A DNA stretch of 64,000 nucleotides from Eledone cirrhosa (GCA_964016885.1 OZ024740.1:351540001-351604000), one strand, 5' to 3'. Positions 22,161 through 36,535 are shown, numbered from the stretch's first letter. Numbers and translations are program-made. Notes: generated by a model not told the origin, from the letters alone.

Positions 22161-25003
22161 CTCTCATTTCTTCTACAAAGTCTCCTTTCCAACATCTCCA
22201 CAACTTCATTCACCCTGAAATTTATTGTTGTCTATGTAGGTTTAACTGGCCTCCTATGTGGTTGCATCTCATAGGTTTTTCAGTTGTTTTAATGATAAGG
22301 GTTCAGTCCTATCATGAAAAGCAATGCAAAATGGAATATCTTGACCAAGAATACAACATGATGCCCAGTTAAGGAATTGAACCCACAACCTTATCAAGAG
22401 TCAAACACCCTAACTACTAGGTCACATATCTTCCACATCCTGAAATTTATTATCTGACATTGACTGGAATGCCCTTTGGCATCTGTACTATATCTAAACC
22501 TGAAAGGATATGTGTAATGGCTTGATGATGGTCAAGCGCTTCTCATATATGACTAGGTGTTTCCATTTAGCCATATGTGTTTATGTTTACAGTTTGCTGG
22601 TGGTACAAGAATATATAGAAATACGTGCCAGAATAGAAAAAACTAGTACTGGGATTGATATGATCAACTAGATCCTTTGAAGGTAATGCCCTGGCATAGC
22701 TGCAGTCTAATGACTGAAACCAGTGAAAGAAAATAAAAGAAATATATCATCATTAAAGCCTGAGTTAGACCTTATTTGGAGTTACTGCTTGACTAGACAT
22801 ATTCGAGGTTTGATCAAATACTTCTAACATAATCACTTAAGTGTATTGGGTGCATTTATCATAGCACCAACTCTAAAGTGGTTGCATTGACCTCTGCAAG
22901 GCTAAAAATTCCATTCCATTTTACATACTTTCCATTCTTCGAAGGCAAACATGATTAGCAGTGATTTGAGCAATGGCCAGTTGGTTGAAATGGGGTAAGT
23001 CATGGACGAGGGAAGTGGTCAGAGTGTTAGGCTGGTAGATGTTGATTGTTGAATTAACAGGCATGGAAAGGTATGAGTTTGTATATTACTTTAGCAAGGT
23101 GGTTACACTTAAGTGTGACGTGAATTTTGACTAATTTAGGGGTGGTGATAGAGATGGGGTTATTTTGGTCACATACGTTTTGAAGCATTAGCATCATTTT
23201 ATGATATCGGTGAGACGAATTTTGTCAAGATTTCTGTTCAACATTTTGCCAAAATATTTGAAAGAAGATAGACATACGCACGCACACACAGATATATATA
23301 TATTTATAATATAAATTGTGCGTATTACAGTACACGCTAGTTCGTTACAATCTTGGCAAATATATTTAATTGACAAATATTTTACGTTTTATTTATTTAA
23401 TTCATGTTCACTTCTGTCTCTCGCCCTTTCAATAAACATCCATCCTTTTTTCATTGTATTTCATATTACAATAAGCGATGTTCAGTAGGGTTACAAGTAT
23501 CCCATTATTATATTAATGCATATGTATACATGCACATTAGTTCACACGTCGATACGTAATGGATTAAATGTGTCAGTTTTATTTCAAGACGGAGGAAGGT
23601 GGTGTAGTGGTCTTTGAAATAATTGTTACATTTCTAGGTTGAAATTCTGTTAATTCCTTACCCTAAGCCTTCCCTTTTTTGCTTTTAAATTGGGTACACA
23701 CAACACGTGTTTCACACGTCAGCTTGCGTTTGGTTTCATGAAGTGTGGGATCCTCAATTAACAAGCGTACCAGCCAAGCTATATAGTGGCCACATCAGTT
23801 GGAGTCGGCTGCAAACATTGTATGTATGTATATATGTATGCATGTGAATGTTTGTGTGTGTATATATTGCGATAATGTTTATTTTTGTAATTTTACACAT
23901 TCTGGCTTTTCATCTTTACATGAACAAAACAAACGAGTTGGAATCCCACAGGGGGTCAGCTTTGCCTTTCATCTTCCCTAAGTCGATAAAATGAAGTACT
24001 AGTGAAGTACTGGAGTCGATCTAATCGACTAACCCTTCGCTTCAAATTTTCTGATCTTATACCTAAATTAGAAACCATTAGTATCGGTAGAGGGTTGGAC
24101 GCCATGCTTTGACGCATAGAGTTACGGCTCTTGCCATTCTGAGTTCAAATCCCGTCGAGGTTAACTTTGCCTTTCATCCTTACGGGGTCGATAAAATAAA
24201 GTACCAGTAATGCACTGGTAATTGCTGGCCTTGTGCCAAAAGTAGAAACCATTATTACTGGGAATTATTATTTCTTATTTGTCAACATCTTTACTGAAAA
24301 CTCGCTATTGACATTTACATGACGCACATTCACACAAGTGCAATACCCAAAACATATGTATGTATGCTTTATATCTGAAACCATAGTTATTGGTTGGTGT
24401 TATTTAGCCCCAGGTCAGCCCTGATCGTATAGTCCTTTGAATCGAAAACGTTCCAGCTGTGGCATTATATCCAATTTATCTTTTCTGTTTTTAAGACGTA
24501 AGATATGATGTGAGGGAGATTTGGCTGCTATTTTTGTAGCAGGACTACGTAGAAGCTACTTTGTTGTTGTTGGTAGTATTGGCTCTTCCTCAATGCTAAG
24601 ATATTTTCACTGCTCTTTAATATTATCGACGGTATGTATGAATGAGAGAGAGAGAGAGGGTAACTGACTGTAACCATCTATTATTTATATCTTTCAGTGT
24701 TTGTAAACAACCTCGACCATTCAACTTCAACCTCTCACTACAACTCTCATTTTCTACCCAACCTTTAATTCCATTCTCTGATAGTTCTCTTCTTAGAACC
24801 TAGGCCAAATACTGGCTGCTTTGGATATTTCTGATGTGAACTGTAGCACTACTTGTAGTAATTGTGGTGGTGGTAGTTTTTGTTTATAGTATAGATGAGC
24901 ATCAGTGAAATCAGTAAAGTTTGTTCCAATGATCCCTCTCTATCCTTGGTACAAGACCACACATTTGCAGGGAAAATGTATAGTCACCTGAGTTGATCCC
25001 ATT

Positions 25004-25495
25004 ATTGGCAGTATCGGTAGAGGGTCGGACGCCATGCTTTCCAGCATAGTCACGTCCCTTTACGATCTGAGTTCAAATCCCGCCGAGATTGACTTTGCCT
25101 TTCATCCTTACGGGGTCGATAAAATAAAGTACCAGTAATGCACTGGTTAATTGCTGGCCTTGTGCCTAAAGTAGAAACAATTAGATGATGACCCCGCCGA
25201 GGTTAACTTTGCCTTTCATCCTTACGGGGTCGATAAAATAAAGTACCAGTAATGCACTGGGATAATTGCTGGCCTTGTGCCAAAAGTAGAAACAATTATA
25301 TGATGACGGTGATTGGCAGTATCGGTAGAGCGCCAGACACCATGCTTTGCAGCATAGAGTTTGCCCTTTACGTTCTGAGTCCAAATCCCGCCGGGATTAA
25401 CTTTGCCTTTCATCCTTACGGGGTCGATAAAATAAAGCACCAGTAATGTACTAGGATAATTGCTGGCCTTGTGCCCCAAAGTAGAAACAATTATA
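25004..25495 (+). mobile_element. Tandem triplet of SINE family 1
   Basis: Full, 5'-truncated and full copies head-to-tail. Confidence 0.9.
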
Positions 25496-25710
25496 TGACT
25501 GGTACTTGCAAAACGTTCGGTCCCAAACTGTGGTTCCGGTTAGCTTTACTCCCACATCGAATTGAACTTAATTATAAACCTAGCCCTGATTAGACTTGAT
25601 ATTCCCTTAATTATTGGGTATATGAGATATATGTATGTATGTGTATATAAGTATGTGTGTATGTATATATGTGTATACATGTGTGTGTGTGTGTATATAT
25701 ATATGTGTGT

Positions 25711-25751
<41 letters not shown>

Positions 25752-25869
25752 TTAATCAATTTAAACGTCAGTATAGAGCTAGTAAGCCATGGCAGGACTA
25801 GGGAAAGTATCTAGTATTTCTTATAGTTGAGAAACAAAAAAAAAAGAGATTAAGTAAAAACGCGCGCAC

Positions 25870-25941
<72 letters not shown>

Positions 25942-26190
25942 GCATACACATACACACACGTGTATATATCTGTGCCCATGCTTATATAAATCAGTACATC
26001 TATTTGCATCCTTTTATGGACGCCAAAGGTTAAACTTAACTATTCGATAGAAATCGATAAAATAAATAAAATCAGAAGTACCCGGGGCGTTATGATGGAC
26101 TAAAAACATTTGAAGGAAATAGCTCAGCATGGTAAAAACAACTACATAGAATGTCAGGAATAACAATTAATCGTTACTGCTTGATTTGAT

Positions 26191-26520
26191 AGGAGAGTTG
26201 AGGAAAATAAACTCTTCAAATATCAGTCGCTCTCCGACAGGTTTGCGGTCGAGCCCATAGCAGTGGAAACTGCTTGTGTCCTTGGCCCTAGGGCCACCTC
26301 CCTATTAACCATCATCGACTCAGAGTTGTCTACCCGCAGGTGTGAACCTTTCGAGCTGGAATGGCTCTTCCAGCGCGTCTTTCTTACCACTCTCCGGGGA
26401 AACGCCTTCTGTATTCTGGCCCACGTGCTGCGGGCCCGTCAGCGCGTGGGCCCCCATTTGCTCATAAGGGGGAGAGACGGGGGTAATGACAGTGGGAGTT
26501 TGGTTCCTTTGTATTCGGAC
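26191..26520 (+). mobile_element. CRE-clade (RLE-type) non-LTR retrotransposon 3' fragment
   Basis: In frame EENKLFKYQSLSDRFAVEPIAVETACVLGPRATSLL...EWLFQRVFLTTLRGNAFCIL, matching the K..KY..L...F.PIAVET.G.LG....FQR.S....RGNA C-terminus of CRE elements. Confidence 0.75.
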
Positions 26521-26542
26521 CTGGTGTATATGTATGTTTATT

Positions 26543-26625
26543 TACCGCACAAAAAAAATAAAATGTATACACATTTTGATTAGAATGCTGTTGAAGTATG
26601 TATACATTTTTTGGGACACCCTGTA
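26543..26625. mobile_element. Tiny Tc1/mariner-type MITE
   Basis: Right end TGTATACATTTTTTGGGACACCCTG|TA; decayed inverted left end AAAATGTATACAC. Confidence 0.55.
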
Positions 26626-27488
26626 TAATATTCTGTTTGATGATTCATTTATTTACTTTTACACATGCCTAGAGTCGATGAGAGGCCAAGAATTCCATCA
26701 ATGATTTGAAAAGTTTTGTGATCCTTCTTCTCCTGTGTCAATGGAAATATCTAGGTGTGACCAGTATTTACGGATATTTGAGGTCATACAACTCCGTGTA
26801 CAAAGTGACTGATGATACACGACATATCTAATTATTTCGCTAACAAAAACTGTTGGGAAAAATGTTATTTTTATAAAGTATTGCCAAGGTGAAAAGTTAA
26901 AAAAAAAAAAAAAATGACAAACACTGGCCTAGATTGTTTGTGTGATGTTTTATTAAGCCATCATTAGTCAATCAGGTCAGCAGTTTTTGGACTACCGTAA
27001 CTACTGAGTTACTGGCGTTACTATTGAGTTACGACTATTAGAAATGTGATATGATTGACAGGTGGTGGGTCTTTATTGTGGTGTGTTTATGAGTGACATA
27101 CTTGCTAAATCTCAATGTCCATTTAGTGCTGCGTATGTGATGTCACGCCCCTTTACAATCTGAGTTCAAATCCCGCCGAGGTTGACTTTGCCTTTCATCC
27201 TTACGGGGTCGATAAAATAAAGTACCAGTAATGCACTTGGTAATTGCTGGCCTTGTGCCTAAAGTAGAAACAATTATATTTTGCCTTTCATCCTGACGGG
27301 GTCGATAAAATAAAGTACCATTAATGCACTGGGTAATTTGCTGGCCTTGTGCCAAAAGTAGAAACAATTATATTTGTCAACAGACAATGCTTAAAACTTG
27401 ACGGCGCTTTGTAGTATGTATGTTCTTAATATTCGTAATATTTATGCCCATTTATGTATGTGATTACATAATATATAATTTATAAGTA

Positions 27489-27658
27489 CAGCCTGTTTGC
27501 TTTTTACGCGAATTAAATATTCACTCTGCACGAATAACGCGCTATAGCGCGTATGGTTTTTACTTTTTTTTTTATTGGAAACTTAGACTCGAATTACGCA
27601 AATTTGCTTTACGCGCAGCTTTCTAGAACGCATCTTCGCGTAAAAAGCGAACAGGATG
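27489..27658. mobile_element. Pogo/Tigger-like MITE
   Basis: TA|CAGCCTGTTTGCTTTTTACGCG ... CGCGTAAAAAGCGAACAGGATG terminal inverted repeats. Confidence 0.7.
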
Positions 27659-29998
27659 CATATATACGCCTGAACGTGTTTACTTTACTATTGACATGTG
27701 TGTGTGTGTTGTATATCTCTTGGTTAGTTTAATCCCACTATGTTGCACCTTAGCCTTTGCCTAGATTCGGCTGAGGTTTTATGAGTGAAATTACGTAGAT
27801 GGGAACGGTGCAAGCTCATGGAAGGGACCGTTTCTGTTTGGGAAGATTAGACTTACTCCGTCGTACAGAATACGCTACCACTCAATCCTTGGGTACCTTT
27901 AGCAGAGTCCAGTTACAAAGGTTCTGAAAAACGCTAAGCCATTAAGGATAACAAAAGGTATTCCGACCTTGAAAAACCTGTCTTTAGTTTATAGAGTTGA
28001 TACTATGTCATTAGTGATTTCGCTGCTATTTCTAACTTGTCGAAAGGTTCCATTCTTAGGCTGGAGTATATGCGTGATGTAAAAAAATAATTTAGAAGGA
28101 AAGGGAAAAAAAATCTATTTTTGTTCCACTGGAAGTTGGTTAACATGATATTACATAAAAATAAACCACAATTTGTGACTAAAGTTTATCTCTTATTTAT
28201 TTGGTTTTTAACATACAAAGGCCACATAAGTGTGTGTATTTTGGCTTAACAGGAGGAGCTTAAGAATCAGTTAAAATATCTGCTGTTCTTTGTTTTGATA
28301 TTTATTACCATATATACGCTTTGTTGTTGTTTTGGAACTTTATCATATCAACAATCAGCCAGCTGTTTTCAAATACGCGCTGAATTGGCAGTATCGGTAG
28401 AGGATCGGACGCCATTTACGTCCCTTAACGTTGACTTCAAATTCCGCCGTGGTTAATTTTGTCTTTCATCCTTACGGGTCGATAAAATAAAGTACCAGTA
28501 ATGTACTGGGATAATTATTGGCCTTGTGCCAAAAGTAGAAACAATTATTATTTACTGTTTAGTTAGAGAAGGAAAGGTAGTATCTATGAGCCTTTCAAGG
28601 CATTCAAGTCTGCTAAGAGGAAGTTATCCTTAAATGGGAGATTTGTTCCAAATACTTGCAATAGAGTGCACTCCATTAAAGGCACTCGTGTGTTTGGTAG
28701 CAACGTTAAACGAGGTGACAGATTAAGTCAACCATCCAAGAAAGCCACTATGATTTTAAGATTGTGGGTTCAAGCCTTGAACAAGTCACTTCATTTCATG
28801 TTGCTCCAGCCTACTCAGCTGAAAATAAGTACCAATAGCAGGTAGGCAGTTAAACTTGTAATGGACTGGCATCCCATATAAAGAGGAGTTGTGTACTTGT
28901 CACTTAACGTTACATGAAACTAGGATAAGCCTTGGACTGATGAACCTCTAGGCTAAAGTAAGGCTTAAACTTTTAAAGAAACATCATAAAACCAGAGTGT
29001 TCAGGTGGAGAGAATAATACCTTGATGCCTGGACGTGCACACTAGTTCTCTCCTGATTTTCACTTCTGGCTCTGGGACATTTTTCAGCCACACCCCAGTA
29101 ATTGCTTCTGCTGGCAGCCTAAACTTAGTGAAATGGACTCTGCCAAGCACTTCTAAGGACAACTGAAATGCTATAATGAACACACAATCAAATGTCTAGA
29201 GTGGCATCCAATGACTGGCTGCACCAGTTGCAAGAACTTCATTGATGATAAACGTTTATCATGTACAAAGACAGTTGTATTAATTTCCAAAAAAAGCAAG
29301 TGTATGGTGTAGTTATTGTTTAGACATCTTCCTGATTGAAGGATTGTCCATAAGCTCAAATGCATGTGTGGCTCAAATATCCATAGGTAGAATCTTTACT
29401 TGGTGAATATGCTTTAAACTCATTTAAACTCTTGCAATCATTCTTTCAGTAATTCCATTTGATTCTGGATATGGAGTTGTTTTCATAAGTTTATTTCCAA
29501 TTTTATAAAGTTATGTGCATATAATCATTATCATGAAATTCACAGGCATTGTCAGATACAAATCTTTTTGGAACAGTATTTGTGGAAAACATCATCATCA
29601 TCATTGTTTAACATCTATTTTTCATACTTGCAAAGGTTAGACAGTTGTCATGTGTTGAGGCAAGACTGATCAAGTGACTTGGTCCTGCTCATACACTTTG
29701 TTTTTGTTTGGTTTCTATTGTTGGATGTCCTTCCTAATGCCAATTACTTTGTGTACTGGGAGCATAGTTTCTACACCTGGACACCCTTTCTAACACTAAC
29801 CACTTTACAAAGTGTACTGGGAGCATTTTATCATGACTGTCACTACCACCTTACAGGGTGGAGTAGGTGCTTTTTGTTATGGCACCAGCACTACCACCTT
29901 ACAGGGTGGATTGTGGGGGTGTTGTTGTGGCATTAAATTTCCACTTAACTGTTTCTGCTTTTGTATTCCCAACATTTATTATTTCTGTCCACCTAGAG

Positions 29999-30955
29999 CA
30001 GAGGTTCTCAAAGTGGCTCTAATGCAGCCCCGGGACCATTGAGAACTTCCATGGGTGTGGTGGGGTTGAGGTAGAGATGTTATAATAGTATATTAAATAT
30101 CAAATTATACATATATATATATAGTAAAATAAAAAATATATATTTATTTATACATAGCATATATTATAATATTTATTATGTATATATAAATTAACGATTT
30201 TATTTATTTATATATTACTAGCAGAAAACCACCGTTCAGGTGGTTTTCTGCTAGCATATGTAGTGTGCATTACGCAAGTATATATGCATGTAGATATGAT
30301 ACATCAAATAAAATCGTAATTGACAATATACACAGAAATTGAATGAAGACTGCGTTATACTGTCATATGTAATCAGTAACATAATCCATGATACATTAAA
30401 AAAAGACGATATTATATATAAACTGCATTAGGAGAAAATTAGTGACGGATATATATGCAATGTTTTTATAAATGTTATAATATAACCGGAAGTGTTGACA
30501 TTTGAAAATTTTAAAGAAGTGAATCTTAAAATAAGCCACAAAATTATTTATATTTAATCAAGAATAACGAAATTTAGTAGATAAACTATGTAATATTCAT
30601 ACATTATTTATTCCAGCATAGTTACATCCCTTTATAGTCTGAGTTCAAATCCCGCCGAGTTTAACTTTGCCTTTCATCCTTACGGGGTCGATAAAATAAA
30701 GTACCAGTAATGTACTGGGTAATTGCTGGCCTGGTGCCAAAAGTAGAAACAATTATTTATTCAAAGTAATCCAACTTATTTTACAAACGGGATGAAAAAA
30801 TATATTCTGGATGCAGTCCTGCACTTCTTACTTTATTATAGTTTAGATTTACAATTTGCGTTTAGACAGGTCTCTCTGGAAATAGGTGTGGGGGCGCTGA
30901 GTGTATTATGTAGCCGTGAAGTGGGGCAGTGGCCCAAAATGTTTGAGAACCTCTG
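29999..30955. mobile_element. hAT (Charlie-like) non-autonomous element
   Basis: TIRs CAGAGGTTCTCAAA / TTTGAGAACCTCTG; 8-bp TSD acctagag / accttgag. Confidence 0.85.
30218..30847 (-). mobile_element. Non-autonomous Helitron (family B) carrying a SINE
   Basis: Reverse-complement homolog of 12594-13068, with a SINE at ~30613-30757; inserted between A and T. Confidence 0.75.
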
Positions 30956-31539
30956 ACCTTGAGTATGCATCAACATGAAATTCTTAGCATAAGCAAGATC
31001 CATATGCACATATATCCAAGTTGTAATTTCTTTAGGTCTTGTGTGTACTGTGTGAAGTAATTCTGGTATTATTCTAGCATATGTTGGACAGTTTCTTACA
31101 TATTGTTCCACATCTTCACAGTAACCTAACCACCATACTTATAATTTCAACTAATTCATTGTTGCCATTGTGCCACAGTGTACACCACCATGCACATTTT
31201 TTTTATTATTGATGTTCTCAAACAGGTTGGTGGAACAGTCCATTATACAGGTAGCATCTTCAACTACTAATTTGTTTTCTAATTACTTAAATGGCCTTTC
31301 AACAATGGAATAATTGCTCCAATTATAAAATCCTTTTTAATATACCAGATAAAATACCATTGGTAGACTCTAATTTTATATTTTCAGATTTCTATCAGTT
31401 TCTATTGGATAGATGAAAACAATCAAACCATTAATAATAAATTCCAATCATGATAATGCAGCAACATATGATATTTCAGATCCCTTTACATAATATATAT
31501 CTTAATAAAATGATGTCATTTGTAAGGCTCATCTTAAAA

Positions 31540-31727
31540 TAATGCATAACTTTTTCAAAATATATATTCTAATGCATAACTTTTTTCAAAATATATATTC
31601 TAATGCATAACTTTTTTCAAAATATATATTCTAATGCATAACTTTTTTCAAAATATATATTCTAATGCATAACTTTTTTCAAAATATATATTCTAATGCA
31701 TAACTTTTTTCAAAATATATATTTTAA
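31540..31727. repeat. Tandem repeat, 6 x 30-31 bp
   Basis: Unit TAATGCATAACTTTTTTCAAAATATATATTC, no spacers. Confidence 0.95.
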
Positions 31728-34700
31728 TAGCCTATGATCCGAAAGCAGTTAACAGTTTTGGCCAAGCAGAAAATTATATGCTCTTCAAGTTACCAATATT
31801 TGAATATCTTGTTTCATTTATAGTTAATGTCTCTTGATAAATATTGTACATGATGGCTATTGTGTGAAAGTATTTCTGATAGAGCCAATTCTTAAAGTAA
31901 TTTCTTTCAGGTATCATAAATCTTGACCACTGGCTTTAATACTAACATTAGGTTTATATACTCAATTATCTTTTATTGTTGGACTCTCAATGAAAATGGT
32001 TGCTCTCTTTACAATGAGATACAAACAACAACACACAGTCTGGGTGTTGATCAATATATTTTCTGTAGAAATCGACAAGTCCAAGAAAAGATTCTAATTG
32101 CTTCCTGTCTTTTGGTAGTTTATGAGATAATTCTCACAAGTAAAGGATGATCTAAGGATATAACATATTTTGTCAATCTGTCTCCAAAAAGACAATTCAT
32201 CAATCTGTAACACAGGCTTAACTTGATTGATCACCATGATCAGGCTTGATATTTCCAATCTTTTTACTATCTTATATGTATTGAACTGTAGAGTTTCAAC
32301 AATTTAGCACCAATACATACCATCATTTTCATATATAATAATACTAACAATGTCATTTCCAGCAGCATGTTCCATTTCTCTCAGAAACATAGCACTGATG
32401 GTATAAATTTGGCCATTTGTATTCGCAATCATATTCTTTCATAGGTAAGGGTTCGCATAAATACCGAATTGAAGATAGCAAGTTTTGTTTTTAAATCTAC
32501 CTCCCTTCTCTTGACTGAATGCTGAAGCTGGTGCATTACTGTACCAGCTCCTGCAATTCTTGCACTTAATTCTGCCTCTTGCCTTCCATCACTTGTGAAC
32601 ACGGCTTCAGTGGAATTCCATTCACATGTAGAGTGCTCTGTGCAGGTTTCCTTGAGAAGATGAGTTTCTTAGTTTTCACAGCATTGATTTTCATTCCTGC
32701 CATGCAGCACTCGGAAGCAAAATATTAGCATAACAGTTACATAAGATTGTTTTCATTTGACCAGTGATTCAATGCAGTATGGTATCTTTGCATAAGTTTT
32801 CACCCTACATTGTCTTTGCTGAGAATCTTTAATCATCTGTCAAATTTTCATTCTACCAGATAATCTCAGTTCTTTGCTATCTTCTACTTCATCTGCCCTT
32901 TCAGTTCTAACTTGTGGTACTTTTTCATCAGCATTTATCCTCTATTTGTTTACTAATTTATTTGCCTATTTCATATCTATTAACTGATACACTTGACATT
33001 TATTTCCTTAACTTATTTGCAGCCAACCTATTTCCAAAATTTAGGTTCAACACATAACAGCCCACACACTCACCTATAATTTGGTATTCTAACTCTACTG
33101 CTCAACTTTTACTATTACGCATCATCTGTTCCAACTCAGATATGGTACAGTCTATCCTTTATTTGGGTTTTATGCCTTCTGTGTTCAATTCTCACCAAGG
33201 TCACCTTTGCATTTCCTCCTTTCAGGATTAAATAAATAATATACCAGTGCAATGTTAGTGTTGGAGAGAATAACTTGCACTATCCGATCCAGCTCTGTGC
33301 ATTCAGACATTGACTCTATATAACTGTCTTCCTATTGGAACATCTTATTTCAATCTTTGTATACTGTGTTAAATTGGGCAGTGGATTAAGTCTACCACCC
33401 AAGTAGATCACAGTGGGATTTGAACTCAGAATGCAAAGTGCCAGAACAAATACAGCAAAGCATCTTATCTGACACTATAACAATTCTGCCAATCAACTGC
33501 TCTGAACTGATTCTTTATTTCATTGACCCTCAAAGGTTAAAAGGCAAAGTTAACTGGCGAGATTTGAATTGATAGTGCAGAGAGCCAAAACAAATACTGC
33601 AAGGCATTTTGTTGTATGCTTTAATATATTTACCAACTTGAAGAAGATTTGGCTACTATATCTTGCAGATTTATTGACTGTGTGAGGTTTCTTCACCGGT
33701 TTGTTATTGTTTCTTTTCTTTAGTACTTTACAAAAGAAAATGCAAAGTTAGTAGAAATTGGGTGTTAAGTTATCGGTTTTAGGTTCAAATACTGTCATGG
33801 TCAACATGATATTTCATCTATTCAGGATTGATAATGTAAGTTACATTATTTTCACATAGTAACAGTACATTCAAAAGTTTATCCCTAGCTTAGAGGATCA
33901 CCAGGTGGGAACTTATATCAGTTTCATTGGTTTTATATGCCTGAAAATGCAAGGAGACCTTAGACAGGATACTAGCCCATTGAAATGTTAACCTCCAGCT
34001 GTTGGTAATAATTTTTTTCAGTTGGGTTAATTAGGGCTACATGAAATGAAATGTCTTGCTTAAGGAGACAGTGTGCCACCCAGTTTGGGAATTTAACCCA
34101 TGACGTTATGGTTCACAAGCCCAACATTCTTACCATTTGTATGCCTTCACAAAGAATGGCAAATCTTCTACTCCTGCTTTTGCTTGTTTTTACACATCTG
34201 ATATTTTCTTTCCTCTTAAGACATGTACACCACTTAATTAAACATTGAGCACATAACATTACTTCTAATTAAAATCTTGCACATACCATATAAATCTGAT
34301 TCTCTTGTTAGGAATATTGATATGTTGATATCTGTTTGTGGATGTCAGTTAAATGCAGCTTGTTATTAACTTTCAATGCTGTGCTTGTTGCCAAGAAACA
34401 CTGCTACATTCATTACTCTCAGAATCCATCTCTCCTTTTAGCCATCATATTGTTAGTAAATGTTGTGTGTCAGTTAATCAATTATAGTGCATTTACCTTG
34501 TGTAAGTGTGTTTTTGTTGTTTAGTCAGAGGGGAAGGGAGGGTCAGTGTCCATGGCCAATTTTAAGAGCCTCTGAGACTTGTAAGAGTGAAAGAAAGGAA
34601 AATGTCTTCAAACTTGAGACCTTACTTGAATTCTTGCAATAGAGTGGATTCTGCTAAAAGCACCCAATGGCCAGGAGATGGTGGTGTTAAACCAGCTGGT

Positions 34701-36535
34701 AGATTAAGTCTACTACCTATGTAGGCCACAAAGGAGTTTGAACTGTGAGACTCTAACAGTTCTGCCAATCCTCAGCCCATGACTGGTAGTTTATTTTTTC
34801 AGCACTGAAAATACATCTAATGCACTCAGTAAAGTGGTTGGAGATAGGAAGGGCATCTAATCATAGAAAACCTACTAAAGTGTTGGAAGAACTCTTCAGC
34901 TGTGTCAGACATGACAATCTCCCTAGTGCTGGTGCCATGACAAAATGCACATGGTAGAGCACGGTAACCTATGCAAGCAAAATGTAGTCCTTCACCCTTT
35001 GTTAGCAGGGAAGATGGGTGTTAAATAATGATGGAAAGGCAAAATTGTCCTTAGTAGAATTTTAAAGTGGAATTTGACTATTTAGTCTTTTGTAAACAGA
35101 TCTATCTAATAACAAAGGATTATCCTGATTGCTTTCTCTAGCCTGTTGCTAGATTTCAGCTTGACACTGCAAACTAACGAAAGATGTGTCAATTATACAA
35201 AACCTGATGGTAGCTAACAAGAGAGCCTCTATGTTGTTTCTTGTCTTACTAGAAGTAGCTGCTAAATCTCTCAAACTTTGTCTCACTATTTTAAAAGGTG
35301 CATTGGATAATTTAGTTTGGTGCACGTGAAGTTTGAAGAAAAATGACAGGAGAATCCTGACTAGAATGCTTTTGATCATATGTTTGCTTGATCTGGGTTG
35401 ACTTGAGTTAAACAAAAAAGCTTATTAAAGCAATATCATCAAGTGTACAAGGTATTGGACTAGTTGCTCGTAGGTTGTGAGTTCAAATCTTTATGCAGAC
35501 AGCTTGTTGTTTATTCCAAGTGAAGCTTCATCCACCAAACCTATAATGAAAACTGTTCTAACTAAGACCATCTTATCATTTTAATATTATATAGGACTAC
35601 ATTATCTAACGTTACCATTAAAGACAGTAGTGTATGATTTGAAGGAAATTAAGCTGTTATTTCTAGCATATTGAGCAATGACATAGATGCTTCTTCATCA
35701 CAGGGACCATGAAAAGTGTCATGGACACTACCTCCCTCCTTAATTAAACAGTTTAAAAAAACAATGTTATAGCAGTTTAAGTAATTAGGGTGTCTGGCTA
35801 ACAGCCAAAGGTTCAATTGTTTATATTTCCCTACTAGTGCACTATAACTATCTACTGCTGATTTGAACAGCTGCAGCTGATAATTGAACTATTTAATGAT
35901 AATTGATTTTTTAGAAAACAGCTGCTTCAGTTATTTTTCACTGCTTGAACATTCTTTGTACTTGGTAACTTTTGAAAACAAAGTTAGACCTGAACCTTTA
36001 TTCCTAGCTGCTGTTTAGCACCATTTCAGCTCAGGTTGAGTACACCTTTGATGAAGGGCATTCCAACTGAGGTCATCAGTATTTTTTTCTATTTAGATAT
36101 TGTATATCTCAGAATACACTATCCTATGGTTAAGGCACATGGTCTAGTAGTTAAGATGTAGGACTCACAATCAGAAGAGTGATAATTGAGAGATTTGGCT
36201 GCTAATTCTATCAGGTTGAGCACCCATGAATAACTTTGTGATGATATCTTAGATCTTAACCTAGTTTAAGGCAGTCTCAATATCAACCTGATTATACAAT
36301 GTGGCAGAAACTTTAATGTTTCATAACACTACATTTTTTCCTTTGATCTTTGAAGTTGAACTCTCACCAAATTTTACTTAATATTTCATTGGTTCACTGT
36401 CAATAAAATTAGTACCTGTTAATACATCAGTACTGACTGATGTATTTACTAATTATAATCTCTACCTTGCAAATTTGATGCCTTGTACCAATGTGAGAAA
36501 TCAATATTCATCTAATTGAAATTATCTGTGTTTAA

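Larger units (their letters stand above)
28990..32950 (-). mobile_element. Decayed Gypsy/Ty3 LTR retrotransposon internal region, with nested insertions
   Basis: Minus-strand motifs in Gypsy order: RNase H (LLSDHRLLKYI, YVKGSEI..AALS), integrase zinc finger (HGGVHCG...WWLG..EDVEQYVRNCPT), VDAYSR|WTEII, and core VSDNACEF...TTPYPESNGITERM. LTRs not identified. Confidence 0.8.

Noticed and set aside
28925-28970. CTGATGA...TAAA GTA with flanking AAGCCTT/AAGGCTT, hammerhead-like
   Set aside because: No GAAA and no stem III; it is the 3' part of an old SINE-like repeat (~28760-28970).
31540-31727. 30-31 bp direct repeats resembling a CRISPR array
   Set aside because: Units are contiguous with no unique spacers, there are no cas genes, and the context is eukaryotic.
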